From Chiloscyllium plagiosum (lineage: Eukaryota): a stretch of 64,000 nucleotides of DNA. Shown piece by piece: positions 1 through 13,081 of the stretch. Numbering within the stretch: position 1 is the stretch's first letter; every line of letters begins with the position of its first letter. The notes under the pieces are model-generated. The model was given only the letters and a program-made list of their open reading frames with translations. It was not told where the DNA came from and did not search any database. The stretch covers positions 51,045,941 through 51,109,940 of the forward strand of contig NC_057718.1 of the NCBI RefSeq assembly GCF_004010195.1. Reading direction: 5' to 3'. Both the position numbers and the translations under genes were made by a program.

Positions 1-480
1 GAGCCAGTCTCAATACCAGAAACTTGGTTGTTCGTGCTACGTTCCCCTGAGAATCCATCACCTCCTACATTTTCCAAAACAGAATACCTGTTTGAAATGG
101 CTATATCCACAAAAGACTCCTGCCCTAGGTGCCGACCTCTCTCACCCTTCCTGGTCTATGTGACTGTATTTGAGACTTTCCCCCCTTCCTATACCTGCCA
201 TCCATCACATACTGTTACTGTTGCAAATTCCTCATCGCTTCTATCTGTCTCTCCAACCAATCCACTCAATCTGATAAGATTCACATCCAACAGCATTTAT
301 GGCAGATATAATCCACAGTAACCCTTAAACTCTCTTTAAACTCCCACATCTGACAAGAAGTACATATCACTGCAAAGGCCATTTTTGCTCCTTCACAATC
401 TACAGACCCAGAAAATAACACCGTCTTATTTCTCTACAAACACTGCCCCAGGTTAAATTAATAGCTATGGCTTATATTTT
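1..480 (-). mobile_element. CR1 LINE 5' region / ORF1 remnant
   Basis: Minus strand gives DYICHKCC..ILSD*VDWLERQIEAMRNL and ISNRYSVLE, resembling the CR1 ORF1 zinc-finger, coiled-coil and NRY motifs. Confidence 0.7.
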
Positions 481-587
481 AAGTTTATCTTCAGGGAGTG
501 CATTAAGTTCCACTCCCTGTTAGAGTTATTTAGAAACATTATAATCAGAATGTTTCTCTGAACAGAGAAATACAAATTTTGTCGTGA

Positions 588-750
588 TTGTAACAAGGTC
601 AGCCAGCTGGACCTAATGAAATATAAAAAGGGTGAGTGTCAGGGATGCTGTGCCTGACTCTGTATGAGACAGTGCTACAGTCAAGGACTGTATATGTCTA
701 AAGAAAGGGTGACCTCATGATAGGACACTGGCTTCTGTGTAGTTACTTCA
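588..750 (+). mobile_element. Solo-LTR-like fragment (TG...CA)
   Basis: Begins tgtaacaaggtcagccagctggacct and ends ttacttca. Homologous to the inverted copy at about 59564-59762. Confidence 0.5.
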
Positions 751-1178
751 GATTTAGAAAATAAGTATTTATATCGTTGTATCGTATCCTTCAGACATCA
801 AAATCTTAAATGACTACTAAACATAATCACTTTTGCTTTATGGGGTGTCAGAGCTATCCATTTGCACACAGTAAAATCGTGTAATCCAGACTAGGAAATG
901 AGATCAGTGAGCAGCTCATCTCAATGAAATACCATTGGCCAGAGGGCAATAGAAACCTTTATGTCTGCTGTAATGGACCTAATTTCAACATTTCAGCAGA
1001 ATACCACATCATGCCAGGTAATATAACTCTTCCGTGGGGCAGCACCACAGTGTGTGGCTATAGTTTGACATCATGCTTTTGAATAAACTAAAGATAACAA
1101 TTTTCTAAGCAGAGTTCTATCACAAAGACAATCCAACATTTTCAAATGTTTTCTCTCACGGAATGCAAAATTACTTAC

Positions 1179-1486
1179 TACAATTAATTTGTTTTAATTT
1201 CCAATCTACTGGCCCCAATATTCTACATCATATGCAGCATTTAGCGCTCAATTATCATGACAACATATTTGCCTGGCCAAAAGATTTAGACAGAAGAAAT
1301 TTTATCCAGTCTTGTATGTTCCAGTTACCTTTGGTATCCCGACGTTTGAAACAATCAAATTTTAAGATTGGGAAGATAAGAGCTGTTCCTGTTTAATTTT
1401 TGCAAAGCTGTCTTGTTTAAAATGATTGATTTCAGCGAGTCGTGATGAACTTTACATGACTTGAATGCAGCCAAGAACGTGGCCTC
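1179..1486 (-). pseudogene. CUB-like pseudo-exon
   Basis: tgtttcag acceptor and gtaagt donor. SCKVHHDSLKSI and LLSSQS*NLIVS appear in shifted frames. Confidence 0.45.
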
Positions 1487-1602
1487 CTGAAACACTTACA
1501 CTTCCAATTAGATGCAAACTAATTAGTCCCTACCTCATCACAGGTAATAAAACAATTCATAAAAAACAATTTCTACCCTTGATGCTCAAAAATAATTTTT
1601 AC

Positions 1603-1906
1603 CTTTCGATGATCTGCCAACTGAGCTCCTTGAAGCTCACTCAATTATATGACAACAACAATGATCAGTTGCACTTCAGCCCCTCACTTGCCTGTTTAAT
1701 GCGACATGTGCACTGAGATAAGCTTGAGCAAAAATTTGAAATATAATGATAGTTGGTGTCAGCCAACCAGGAGAAAGTGAAGAACTTTTGAGCATAAGTG
1801 TTCTCCAATTTATCATTGATAACTCAATGATCTTGTTAAAGCACTTGGCACCATACCTCATTACAAAATCTCTTTATAAAATTTCTTGTGTCCATAACTG
1901 CCACAT
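1603..1906 (-). pseudogene. CUB-like pseudo-exon
   Basis: atattgcag acceptor and ag|gtaaaa donor. Reads IKRFCNEV...FFTFSW...SQCTCRIK with stops. Confidence 0.45.
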
Positions 1907-2400
1907 CTGCAATATCCAGCTGAGTGCTCTAGCACATTAAATGCAGAGGCAAAATGTCGTGTAAATGTATGTTGTGATTGCTAAATGGTGTAGGTAGATT
2001 CTGTTTGATGGTGTAAGTATATATAGTTTCTGGGAGTAATTGTTAAACAATATAAATAGCTTTCAATATAACAGTTGTGAATGGTAATAGTTATCAGTAA
2101 AGCAAATGAAAATTGTTATACGTAATTGTTTATTTAATAGTCAGATTTAAATGATTTGAGTTAAATCTGAATTTATATAAAATCATGCCATTTAATTATC
2201 GACAGTACATTTTTATAGTGTATTTGAATGCTAACAATATGCAGTGATATTAATTACATCATTATGCTAAGTAGTCATACACGTAATTACCACCAGCCCT
2301 TCTTTGTTTCTAAGTGACATCGAAAAGACATGAATACGGTTTTGGTATGCAAATATTATTGCATTTAAAGCCACCGGGACTAAAAAGTAAAACAGCACTG

Positions 2401-2696
2401 ATTAGATTAGTGTGGAAACAGGCCCTTCGGTCCAACCGACCCTCTGAAGAGTAACCCACCCAGACCCGTTTCCCTCTGATTAATGCACCTAATACAATGG
2501 GCAATTTAGCATGGCCATTTACCTGACCTGCACATCTTTGGACTGTGAGAGGAAACCAGAGTATCTGGAGGACACCCACGCGGACTTCGGGAGAATGTGC
2601 AAACTCCACAGAGACAGTCGCCTGAGACTGGAATCAAACCTGGGACCCTTGTGCTGTGAGGAATCAGTGCTAACCACTGAGCCACCGTGTTGCCCC
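2401..2696 (-). mobile_element. HE1/V-type tRNA-derived SINE
   Basis: A/B boxes, V-domain-like core and TAATC tail. Confidence 0.9.
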
Positions 2697-3345
2697 TGAT
2701 TCACACAGAAATAGATAAAGACAGGACACAATGCATAACAAAGCAAATCAAAACAAACATATTTGATGAGAGAAAGTAATGTTGTTTGGAGTACTACAGT
2801 ATGAGATTGTTTTAAAAAAATGAACTAACTTGCAGATAAACATCAGGGACCACATCAATACTCAATGTACCTGTTCTCTATCTTAGTGAAATCATGAGCA
2901 GCTTTCCTTCTCTGGAAGCAGGAAAGTATGCAATGTTTTTGTCCAGTTTATATTTTCACAGGCTATTCTTTAGCTACTAAAATTAGAAAACTATACTCAA
3001 TTTCTGATTGACAGCTCCTCTTCAATGAAGACTTAATGTATGTTATCTCAGTCAATGTGTAGGAATACTTCTAAGAAACACAACATATTAGGTATAACTT
3101 TGAGAGATATTCTTATGATATCAACAATCTATTATGGCAGAGAACCTGAAGGTATGAAGTTATTAAACACTATCTTAACTCAGGCTACTTGAAACATGAT
3201 TTGCTGAAGAAGCACACACTTTTTGTGAGCTAATAGGTTAATATTTGTCCAGGCACTGAAATAGTTGTGAATGTGTTAACGAGCTGGCGTAAATATTCTG
3301 TTGGACTTTTCAATACTGTGCTACCCAGGCCTGGTTATTATTTTA

Positions 3346-3737
3346 GGAGAAAGTGAGGACTGCAGATGCTGGAGATCAGAGCTGAAAATGTGTTGCTGGA
3401 AAAGCTCAGCATGTCAGGCAGCATCCAAGGAGCAGGAGAATTGACGTTTCGGGCATGAGCCCTTCTTCAGGAATGAGTAAAGTGTGCCAAGCAGACTAAG
3501 ATAAAAAGTAGGAAGGAAGGACTTGGGGGAGGGGTGTTGGAAATGCGATAGGTGGAAGGAGGTTAAGGTGAGGGTGATAGGCCGGAGTTGGAGTGGGGGC
3601 GGAGAGGTCAGGAAGAAGATTGTGCTGAGTTCGAGGGTTGGGACTGAGACAAGGCGGGGGGAGGGGAAATGAGGAAACTGGAGAAATCTGAGTTCATCCC
3701 TTGTGGTTGGAGGGTTCCTAGGCGGAAGATGAGGCGC
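3346..3737 (-). mobile_element. Penelope-like element 3' fragment (terminal repeat with hammerhead core)
   Basis: Homologous to 52190-52561. Reverse strand has attcctgaagaagggctcatgcccgaaacgtc. Confidence 0.85.
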
Positions 3738-4358
3738 CTTTGGACAACAGCCCTGAACATTCATTAATTCAGGCAATTAGCCACATCAGCTCTTTGAATA
3801 AAGAATAAGAAAAGGCAGAAGACAGAGCCACTTTCCTTTTGATTAAAATCTACGTTCATGTCTCTCTTTAATTCAGCAATTCACAATTCTAAAAAAAAGT
3901 ATTCAAATGCTCCATGCAGCTTAGCTTTAGTTTTCCATGAAGAAAATATAGCTAAGAAAAGCTTAAAATCAGTTTTCTATTCTAAGAAGGCTTAGCTTTG
4001 TGCAAAGGTCTGTTGTTTTACCATTTTTTGACTCAAAATTGGCACCAGGGTACAGGGAACAAGGAATCAATGTTCCTTATTTGGCACAAACACCACCTAA
4101 AGGTAAAGTCTGCAACTGCAAGTCTGCAATTTTTGACGAACAAGGCAATAGTTCTTCAAACAACTCTCTTAGAGGGACTAAGATCAGGATATGAGCAGCA
4201 ACAAGAAAAAAAAAGAAAATCTAGAGACAAGAAAATATAGAAGAGCAAAACTGGTAAAAAGAGAGAAGTAAACAAACACTGCTCTCTACTTCCCAATAAA
4301 AAAGTAAAGACCTTCACTGAGAAATTAAAGCCAAATATTTAATTATGGAATGGATATG

Positions 4359-4673
4359 ATTAGATTACTTACAGTGTGGAAACAGGCCCTTCAGCCCAAC
4401 AAGTCCACACCGACCCACCGAAGGGCTACCCACACAGACCCATTCTCCTACATTTACCCCTTCACCTAACACTACAGGCAATTTAGCATGGCCAACTCAC
4501 CAAACCTGCACATTTTTGGACTGTGGGAGGAAACTGGAGCACCCGGAGGAAACCCACGCAGACATAGGGAGAATGTGCAAACTCCACACAGTCAGTCACC
4601 TGAGGCGGGAATTGAACCCGGGTCTCTGGCACTGGGAGGCAGCAGTGCTAACCACTGTGCCACCATGCCGCCC
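4359..4673 (-). mobile_element. HE1/V-type SINE
   Basis: Full-length family copy with TAATC tail. Confidence 0.92.
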
Positions 4674-5679
4674 ACCTTTACTGAAGGATACCTTTACTGA
4701 ATTACAACTTTTCAAAAAAAAGCAGTTTATTTTCACAGATGAAGTGATAAATGATTTTGAAAAAAAAAAAATAGTTATTAAAATTTTACATGCCATTGAT
4801 TGGGAGGAGTTTGCAGAATTAACATTTTAAGGTTTTCCTCTGGATGATCAGAAAGATCCAGAAATTACTTGGAAGATACTCAAAGATGAGTTCTATTTAA
4901 GAATGAACTTCAGTGTTAATATGCTTCAAATCTGTGACAGAGACCATAATCCCAATAATCTATCAACTAATTTATTGCAGCAATGAGCATGCTTGTGATT
5001 TTTCTAAAAAGGAACTCTGAGAGGCTTATAAAATTAGCAATCACCTTGACAACGATTATAGACTTTGGAAAGAATCTTCTGGACAAGAAAAAGGAATATA
5101 CAATTAACACATTATTTGAGGATAAATACAATTGCAAAGGTTACATGCAGAGGTACAGTTGATACCACAATTATGGTCAGCCAGGTGCAAACTGAGAAAT
5201 CTGTACCAAATGTGGTTTGTCAGGCTCATCTAAAATCTGTTTAACTCTTCTGGATATTTGCAACCCATGTAGCACTAAATGAAGGTTTACATGTGCAGGC
5301 AAAGGCCAAGCCAGACCCAGAATGAAACACAGACAGCTAACAAGATGATATAGCCCCACAACACTCAAAAAAGTGTTAAGACACATGCATGAGTTTTCCC
5401 AGTCAACCAAGTGAAAGGCAAATTTCAAAACATAACAAAGATTTCCAATTTACATCCAAAGTCAACAGTATAATATGATCAGAAGTTTTTACAACCATTA
5501 GCATATGTCTTGAAAATGCAGATTGATAAAGCTTTAAAACAAAAATCAACACAGAGGCTAGAGCCAATATGCAACCTGAAAGACATATGCCTATAACAGT
5601 GGTGATTCATAGCACAACCTGCAAAAGACCATGTAACAGCATACAATATAAATAATTCCATAATTGACATAATTGACCT

Positions 5680-6602
5680 CCCACCTCGTACATGGCAGGT
5701 ACTCATGTGACTCAGCCAACGTTGTCTATCTTATACATTGCAGGCAAGGATGCCCGGAGGCATGGTACATTGGGGAAACCGAGCAAAAGCTATGACAATG
5801 GATGAATGGGCACCGCACAACAATCAACCTACAGGTGACTACCATTGCACTATACACACACACAGACACTCCTACACACACACACACGGACGGACACACG
5901 GACACACATATACACAGATGCGCACACAGACACCCACACATACCCTTACAGACACACACATTCCCACACTCACACATGCATCCCCTCACAGACTTAAGAC
6001 ACTCTACACTCACTACACACACAAATACATTTTCTCACACTAACAACCCCCAACCCAGACAGGCAGACACATACACACACACACAGACAAAGACCCACAC
6101 GCACACATATATTTTGTGGGGTGAATTTGTACTTGCAGGGTTACATTGTACTTTGCTCAAAAACTGCATGCATTCATGTGAAACTCTGAGCTCAAAAACT
6201 GCATGAATTTATGTAAAACTCCGTTATCTCACTTTTTAGATTAGAATCAATCTAAACAGCATGGCATAGGCAGAGAAATCAGGGGGCTAACACCTTCAAC
6301 ATATTGTCTAGCTATCACCAATGTTAACAGCTAACCTGAGAATGCAACTTTTTATGAAAAGGTTTTGTGATTTACACATGAAAGAAGTGAAATAATCATG
6401 GCATTCAAACAGATGAAACACTTAACAATCAATTTTTCAATGTATAATTTCAGTTACATCACACTGTAAATTTTTGCTATAAATTCTGTGTGTTAGGATT
6501 GAGCCCTCCACTATCACCTGATGAAGGAGCGATGCTCCGAAAGCTAGTCTGCTTCCAATTAAACCTGTTGGTCTATAACTTGGTTTTGTGTGATTTTTAA
6601 CT
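5680..6602 (+). mobile_element. Penelope-like element 3' end (GIY-YIG fragment, CA-rich tract, hammerhead-bearing terminal repeat)
   Basis: GRYSCDSANVVYLIHCRQGCPEAWYIGETEQKL, and ctgatgaaggagcgatgctccgaaagcta at about 6518. Confidence 0.85.
5852..6110. repeat. Imperfect (CA)n low-complexity tract inside the Penelope element
   Basis: Interrupted cacaca runs. Confidence 0.9.
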
Positions 6603-8845
6603 AAATCCATGCATTGATGGAATCAGATTCCAGTGCTGATACTTAATCTCATCTTGGCTTCCCAAAAATCTTCTCCCTCATAGCAACCAGTGTTACAACA
6701 GTGGCAGCATACCTATATGCAAAGATCTTGATACAGTCTCAACCCAACAAGATTCAAATTACATCTACTGTGGTGGAACAGATCAAGCATAATGTAAATG
6801 AATCCGTTGAAGTTGAAGATATTCTTCAGGTAGGTCTGTTAGACTTTGGCCAGAGCCAATATGAATAATTACACCTACCAGAGATGTGCATCTCCAAGAG
6901 TTGTAAAAGCCCACCATTTGGGAAGACTGACGGTACTAAAGAAGAAGCTGAGAACAATTGCTCATTTTGCCATACCTAGATGAACTAATCATCTAATCAC
7001 AGGTCATTTTCAAGTACAAACTAATTCTAATGCTGAAAGCATTGCAACAAGATATCATGCCCATGTTAACCCAGGGATGAATGCACGGGATAGCTAGCAC
7101 ATGGGTCTGTGTACTGGCCGGAATAGATCAGGATATTTAAAACTCATGAATGCTTATGAGGCATCTCAAATAAAATAATCCCAGCAGTAGAGGTTGCCTG
7201 TCCAACTGTATTATGTTCCGTCCTCTGTTTAGACAGAAGTAGCAACAGATGTATCCAGCGTGAATGGGGAAAATTATATCCCTGTGACAGGTGACTTCTC
7301 CAAATTTCCTATCGTAACAGCTATGATTTAGCAACACAACAAGAGTAACCATTCCTGACTTGTTAAACACTATATTCAATTTAATTGATATCTTGGATGG
7401 ATGGTATCTTCACAATCATTCACTGGAGAATCATTTAAGATTATTTGTGTGGTGTGACCCATATCACATCATCAACCTACTACCAAATATCTAGCAGAGT
7501 GTCTGGTACATTGTATTAAATCAATGATTATTAAGTGTTGAGCAACATTGCAATTCAGTATTTTCATGCAACACCAATGGAGAAGTGAAGACCACCCCCA
7601 GCACAACTTATGCTGAGAAGGCAAGTGTGAATGATCTTGCTCAGCAACCACTTGTTTAACCATCCTGACAACCTGGACATTCTTCTTCAAAGACAGGGGA
7701 GAACAAAACAGAGATATGATAAGTAAGCAGATAGGGAACTTACACAACTTAGCACTGAGAGAATGTGAGTTGGTGAACAACAATTGTCCATTTGACACTG
7801 ACCTGGCAGCAGTGGTCAATGAGATTTGGAGTTTTATTGTACACCTATAGTTTAACACAAACACCAGCTTCAATGGTTTTTGTTCCTCCAACTGAAAGCA
7901 AACCCTACTGGGTAAGAACCAAGCTCTTTGTTTTAAAAGAAACCCATTCATCAAATCACCAAATGAACAACTAGCAAAACAAAAACTGACCACCAGTTGC
8001 ATTGTAACTTAAAAAAAACAAATGGGAGAAACTATAGGGACTGAATAAAAATGGTGCTGGAGGGAGAAATGGTGCAGCTCATAGCACGTACCTATCTCAA
8101 AAAACCTCAAGAGTACCAGTGGATAGTAAATGCTCCCTCTCCAAGAACACCTAGGCACATATATAGCCACAGAGGTGGGCAGGTAGTTAGGAATTAAAAC
8201 ACCACCATGCCTGGAACCGTAAAGGACTACTTTTGCCACATCCAGCAGCAGCACCATTTTGGGGTCTTCCCCTCTGTACTGGGTACCCAAATGTCAGGAG
8301 CATGCAACCGAAGTCGAACCAAAAGACCAATAAAAGATTTTTTTTCGAATAATAAAAAAGTTGGTGCAACCACCCATAACCAAGATATACTTGAAGCCAC
8401 TGATTCCAGAGCACCATATAAAAACAGGTAGTTGGTCTGGGAGGCTTTGAATCACCTTCAACCTGTGATAGTGCAGGACTGCTGCATGAAACACTCTCTA
8501 CTTCAGGTCCCTGCTGGAAAGAGGGAAGATTCCCACATTCAGCCCTCTCTCCTGGGGACCTCCCCACTACCCCCCTGGTAAAAAGAAATGCCTGAGCAGC
8601 AGAAAGAAGGAGAAGAAATGGATTGTTGCAGCAGGAAGCCTCTCCTGAGGGAAGTTCTGAAAGCTGGAGCCAATGTGGAATTTTGTCTGAGCAGGGGTAT
8701 GTACAGAAAGGAGACCACCACCAACATCCTCCAACCAATACTGTTCAGGTTTCTCAAAGCATCAGCTGAAAACTGGATGTCTACCAGAACACTGCATTTT
8801 TTATTGTAAATAGCAAAGCTCATTTATATTTTCTAATCAACATAT

Positions 8846-8930
8846 TGAGTGATGTTATTACACACCACTGCAGCAGGTGGGATTTAAACCCAGGACAGAG
8901 GTAGGGTCACTATCACTGCATCATAACAAC
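8846..8930 (-). mobile_element. Second tRNA-derived SINE family, 5' fragment (related copies at about 9458-9520 - and 15592-15700 +)
   Basis: The plus-strand copy at 15600 shows tagtgcagtgatag (A box) and ggttcaagtcc (B box). Confidence 0.55.
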
Positions 8931-8956
8931 ATATAAGAACCAGCTCTTTTTTTTGT

Positions 8957-9190
8957 ATCAAGAGTGTGGTGCTGGCAAAGCACAGCAGGTCAGGCAGCAT
9001 CCAAGGAGCACGAGAATTGACGTTTTAGGCATAAGGCCTTCATCTGGAATGAGGTTCACCTTCAACCTGTGAAGGGCTAATGCCCGAAATGCTGATTCTC
9101 CTGCTCCTCGGATGCTGCCTGACTTGCTGTCCTTTGCCAGCACCAGACTATCAACTCTGATCTGCAGCATCTGCAATCCTCACTTTCTCC
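8957..9190. mobile_element. Palindromic Penelope terminal-repeat mini-element
   Basis: gtggtgctggcaaag..caggcagcatcc is inverted against ggatgctgcctg..ctttgccagcaccag. Confidence 0.75.
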
Positions 9191-10239
9191 AAATTTTTTT
9201 GTGTGTGGCTAGGCAACTGTAATGTTGGGGCCACACTCATCCTCCAGTAGAAAAAAAGATATTTTTTTTTAGATTTCTTGGTTTCATTAATAACAGTTAG
9301 TGCATCCCAAAAGAGTGATGCTACCAACTCAATATGCCAGTTCAATTCAGTACATCATTTTCATTGTTTTCTCAGAGATATTGTCAAGTTACAACTGACC
9401 TCTCAAAACAGTTATGCTCTGGACAGATCTGGGGAGATATTTTCTAATCAATCTGTTGAGTGATGTTACTACACACCTATGGAGCAGGTGACACTTGAAC
9501 CCAGATCTCCTGGCTCAATGTGGGTAAGAACCAAGCTCTTTTTTTTCCCTTCTCTTCACATCCTTCATGCACAACTGAATGGTTTATTTCCATCAGCAAA
9601 ATGGCCATCTAACTTCTTACCTGCTATCCATCACCATTGAATCAACTGTGTTTACAATTAATAACCAATTTCCTTGCTGAGCCTGTTAAAGGCAGTGCAG
9701 TGAGACAAAAGGGGAGGGAAAGGTAGGGAGAGAGGGAGGGGACTAAATCTAACTGGAGTTGGAGGGGTAGAGAAGGCCCTCCATCCTCTGTGATGTCCAA
9801 CTCTCTCTCAAAGTCATTGGGAGTATTGGTGGATTCCACTTGCTCAGGAACTAAGACCTATTTTGGCCAGGCCCTGGAGCAGATACGTGAGGAGGTACTC
9901 AACTTAATTGCATCAGTTCCTCAAAGATCAGGAACATGGGGCTGCAGTGCAGGCAAAACAACAGTGAGATTCTGGAACACAGGGCAAGAACCCAGCTCTT
10001 AACTACAATGTCCAACGTGCATCACCAGCTCTCAATCAACAAAGGAACTACTGTGCTTTGTCCTTAAAAGGACATGCATTTCTCACACTGATACTGACAT
10101 GAATACTTGAATCCTAGCAAATGTTTCTCATATATGTAACCAGCTCAGATCATAAAATGGTGATTTGATCAGACTGACCATTGTATTATATTGTGAAGGA
10201 ACAGAAAGCAAATCATAGTCTTAGACAGAGAGTGAGTGT

Positions 10240-10565
10240 GGGCGGCACGGTGGCACAGTGGTTAGCACTGCTGCCTCGCAGCGCCAGAGACCCGGGTTCA
10301 ATTCCCGACTCAGGCGACTGACTGTGTGGAGTTTGCACGTTCTCCCCGTGTCTGCGTGGGTTTCCTCTGGGTGCTCCGGTTTCCTCCCACAGTCCAAAGA
10401 TGTGCAGGTCAGGTGAATTGGCCATGCTAAATTGCCCGTAGTGTTAGGTATAGGGGTAAATGTAGGGGTATGGGTGGGTTGCGCTTCGGCGGGTCGGTGT
10501 GGACTTGTTGGGCCGAAGGGCCTGTTTCCACACTGTAATGTAATGCAATGTAATCTAATCTAATC
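10240..10565 (+). mobile_element. HE1/V-type SINE, young full-length copy
   Basis: gggcggcacggtggcacagtgg start, ggttcaattcc B box and TAATC tail. Confidence 0.95.
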
Positions 10566-10961
10566 ATAAAAGATATCTCTGTTGATGGTATCTGTGGAGT
10601 ATTGTTCAGTAACAGCAATCACCAAGTTGTCAAACGATACCAACAGAGAAAAACACCCATCTCTGCTGATGGTCACATGATCACCACATTAGGTCAAAAC
10701 TTCCAAATCATATTTTGGAGGTTGAAATGTTAATTTTGTGAACTCTGTGTTTGCTGTTTGTATAATTGCTGAATTGACAACATGTGTCAATCGTACAGAC
10801 ATGCTTATTTTTGTTTTTATTTTAATCTTTTTTAGAAGGGGATATGTGTCAGTCACATTCAATACATCAGTAAACCTATAAGAGATATAGTCATTGTATA
10901 ACCTCTGCATCATTTCATGCGACCTGAGTGTACAACAGTCTCAGAAGCCATCTAAACTTAC

Positions 10962-11177
10962 GCCACTTGAAGCATGACATACTCAAGCAAGCATGCTACT
11001 CTTTGTAATTGAATAGCTTAATGTTAGCCTAACCATTGAAATGCCTGTGCATGTAATACTTGTATACATTAATGAGTTGTAATAACCATTCTGTTGGATT
11101 CTTTATTACCATAATACTCTAATTTTCACATTACAAGGGATTAGCATAAACATTGCTGCATCGGGTCAAATACCCTG
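10962..11177 (-). pseudogene. Possible CUB-like pseudo-exon
   Basis: gtctccag acceptor and gtaagt donor. Reads GYLTRCSNVYANPL*C. Confidence 0.35.
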
Positions 11178-11249
11178 CTGGAGACAACGTGTATATTACT
11201 AATTAGATCACAATAAGTTGCTGATGTCAATAATAACAGTTGTATAACT

Positions 11250-11433
11250 CCTCTATTTTCTCAATCAAGTTAGAGGAAATCCAAGATTTGTAAATATCAA
11301 ATCTTTTACATCTGGCTGGACAGTAAAGATAGGCATAGTTTTGAGATGTCTTGTCAAGTTGAGACAAAGCTAGACAGCTGGTGGTCTTGACCTTCAGACT
11401 TGTTCTTCAGGCATGAAGTTATTCTCAAATGGG
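11250..11433 (-). pseudogene. CUB C-terminal half pseudo-exon
   Basis: tgttacctag acceptor. HLRITSC..SSFVST*QD, then LIFTNLGFPLT. Confidence 0.5.
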
Positions 11434-11554
11434 CTAGGTAACACAAAGACACAAACGTGTCCATTACTCCTAATTGTTATGAGGACATGCTAATAATAGA
11501 GCACAGATGGTAAGAAAGAAATTGTTTATTATAATAATGGTAATTCAAACTTAC

Positions 11555-11727
11555 CATCTGTGTCTAAAGCAGTATCAACCAAAAGTCTAAGATCATCAGG
11601 GTCAGTTTCAAGTGAGCACGTTTTGCAAAACAGTTCAAACTATTAGCATTTGTACTACTGTATTAAGGAAGTATCACAGTGATATTTTGGCCAAGTAAAG
11701 AAGGGTCAGTTTGCTGACATCGATGTA
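11555..11727 (-). pseudogene. CUB N-terminal half pseudo-exon
   Basis: tgtgcag acceptor and g|gtaagt donor. CQQTDPSLLGQNITVILP*YSSTNANSLNC, then (frameshift) SLETDPDDLRLLVD. Confidence 0.55.
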
Positions 11728-11879
11728 CTGCACACATGTGCACAATATTAAGACAATATTGGATCTAAAAAGAAAATATTTATTTTATTATAATTTTATT
11801 TATGTGACCACAGCAAAATAATATCACAAAGTGTGAGTATTTACAGAAATTTATTGTTTTCTTTAAACTAAAGCACTGC

Positions 11880-12795
11880 TAATAGGAAGGATGTTGGAAA
11901 CTTGAAAGGGTTCAGAAAAGATTTACAAGGATGTTGTCAGGATTGGACGGATTTAATTACAGGGAGAGGCTAAATAGGCTGTAGCTGTTTTCCCTAGAGC
12001 TTTAGATTAGATTACATTAGATTAGATTACATTACAGTGTAGAAACAGGCCCTTCGGCCCAACAAGTCCACACCGACCCGCCGAAGCGAAACCCACCCAT
12101 ACCCCTACATTTACCCTTTACCTAACACTACGGGCAATTTAGCATGGCCAATTCACCTGACCCTGCACATCTTTTGGACTGTGGGAGGAAACCGGAGCAC
12201 CCGGAGGAAACCCACGCAGACACGGGGAGAACGTGCAAACTCCACACAGTCAGTCGCCTGAGGCGGGAATTGAACCCGGGTCTACAGGCGCTGTGAGGCA
12301 GCAGTGCTAACCACTGTGCCACCGTGCCGCCCACAACCACTGTGCCACCGTGCCGCCCACAAACCACTGTGCCACCGTGCCGCCCACAACCACTGTGCCA
12401 CCGTGCCGCCCACAACCACTGTGCCACCGTGCCGCAGCTTTGGAGGCTGACATTATAGGGGTTTATAAAATCATGAGGGACATGGATAAGGTAAGTTGAC
12501 AAGATCTTTTCCCTGGGTTGGGGGAGTCCAGAACGAGACGGCATGGGTTTAGGGGAGAAGGAAAAAGTTTTAAAAGGAACCTTTGCGTGTATGGAATGAG
12601 CTGCCAGAGGAAGTGGTGGAGGCTGGTACAATTAAAAGGCATTTGGATGAGTATATGAATAGGAAGGGTTTAGAGGTTTGGATCAAGTGCTGGCAAACAG
12701 GACCAAATTAATTTAGGATATCTGGTGGCTTTGGATGGATTGGACCAAAGGGTCTGTTTCCGTGCTGTACATCTCTCTAATTCTGTGACTGTATG
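11880..12795 (+). mobile_element. CR1 LINE 3' fragment split by a SINE
   Basis: RKDVGNLKGFRKDLQG region homologous to the CR1 at 57960, plus the CR1 3' tail gggtctgtttccgtgctgta. Confidence 0.85.
12004..12435 (-). mobile_element. HE1/V-type SINE with tandemly repeated 5' end; TSD agcttt
   Basis: Five copies of aaccactgtgccaccgtgccgc(ccac). agcttt occurs at 11998-12003 and 12436-12441. Confidence 0.92.
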
Positions 12796-13081
12796 ACCAT
12801 TTCCAGCTGTGTGTGTGTGTGCACACATGCACACATCAATGGCTAGTTTTTGAAATTTGAAATAGAAGTTTTCCTTTGTTTTACAGCAGATTTCAGTGAC
12901 CTGATACACTGTTCCATCAAAATATTATTAACTGGCACTGGTAAATATTTTTAACTATATGAGGTATTATTGATCATGCACATATTCAAGTATGGCACTG
13001 AGGTATATAATGCTTTTGTTAACATCTCTATGACGTAATGTTTATTGACGTGCAATGTAAGTATTAATTATTGACAATTAC

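Larger units (their letters stand above)
4680..8200 (+). mobile_element. Degenerate Gypsy/Ty3 LTR retrotransposon internal region (gag-PR..IN), interrupted by a Penelope element
   Basis: Gag-like KILHAIDWEE..DQKDPEITWKILKDEF. Protease-like KINTEARAN (DTGA relic, about 5545). Integrase VYWPGIDQDI (about 7110, with frameshift) and DFSKFPIV (about 7293). Confidence 0.75.

Noticed and set aside
3990..4185. Additional minus-strand exon candidate
   Set aside because: It has AG/GT bounds but no recognisable motif, and may belong to the Gypsy leader.
4488..4830. Recurrent ORFs such as MANSPNLHIFGLWEETGAPGG and MDCGRKLEHPEETHAD
   Set aside because: Chance frames within non-coding HE1-type SINE copies.
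5726..6206. Thr/His-rich and Cys/Val-rich ORFs
   Set aside because: Translations of a (CA)n tract in a Penelope element.
10240..10320. tRNA gene
   Set aside because: It is the tRNA-derived SINE head and continues directly into the SINE body.
12309..12435. CRISPR-like array of ~26-bp repeats
   Set aside because: There are no unique spacers. The unit is the SINE 5' end, and the context is eukaryotic.
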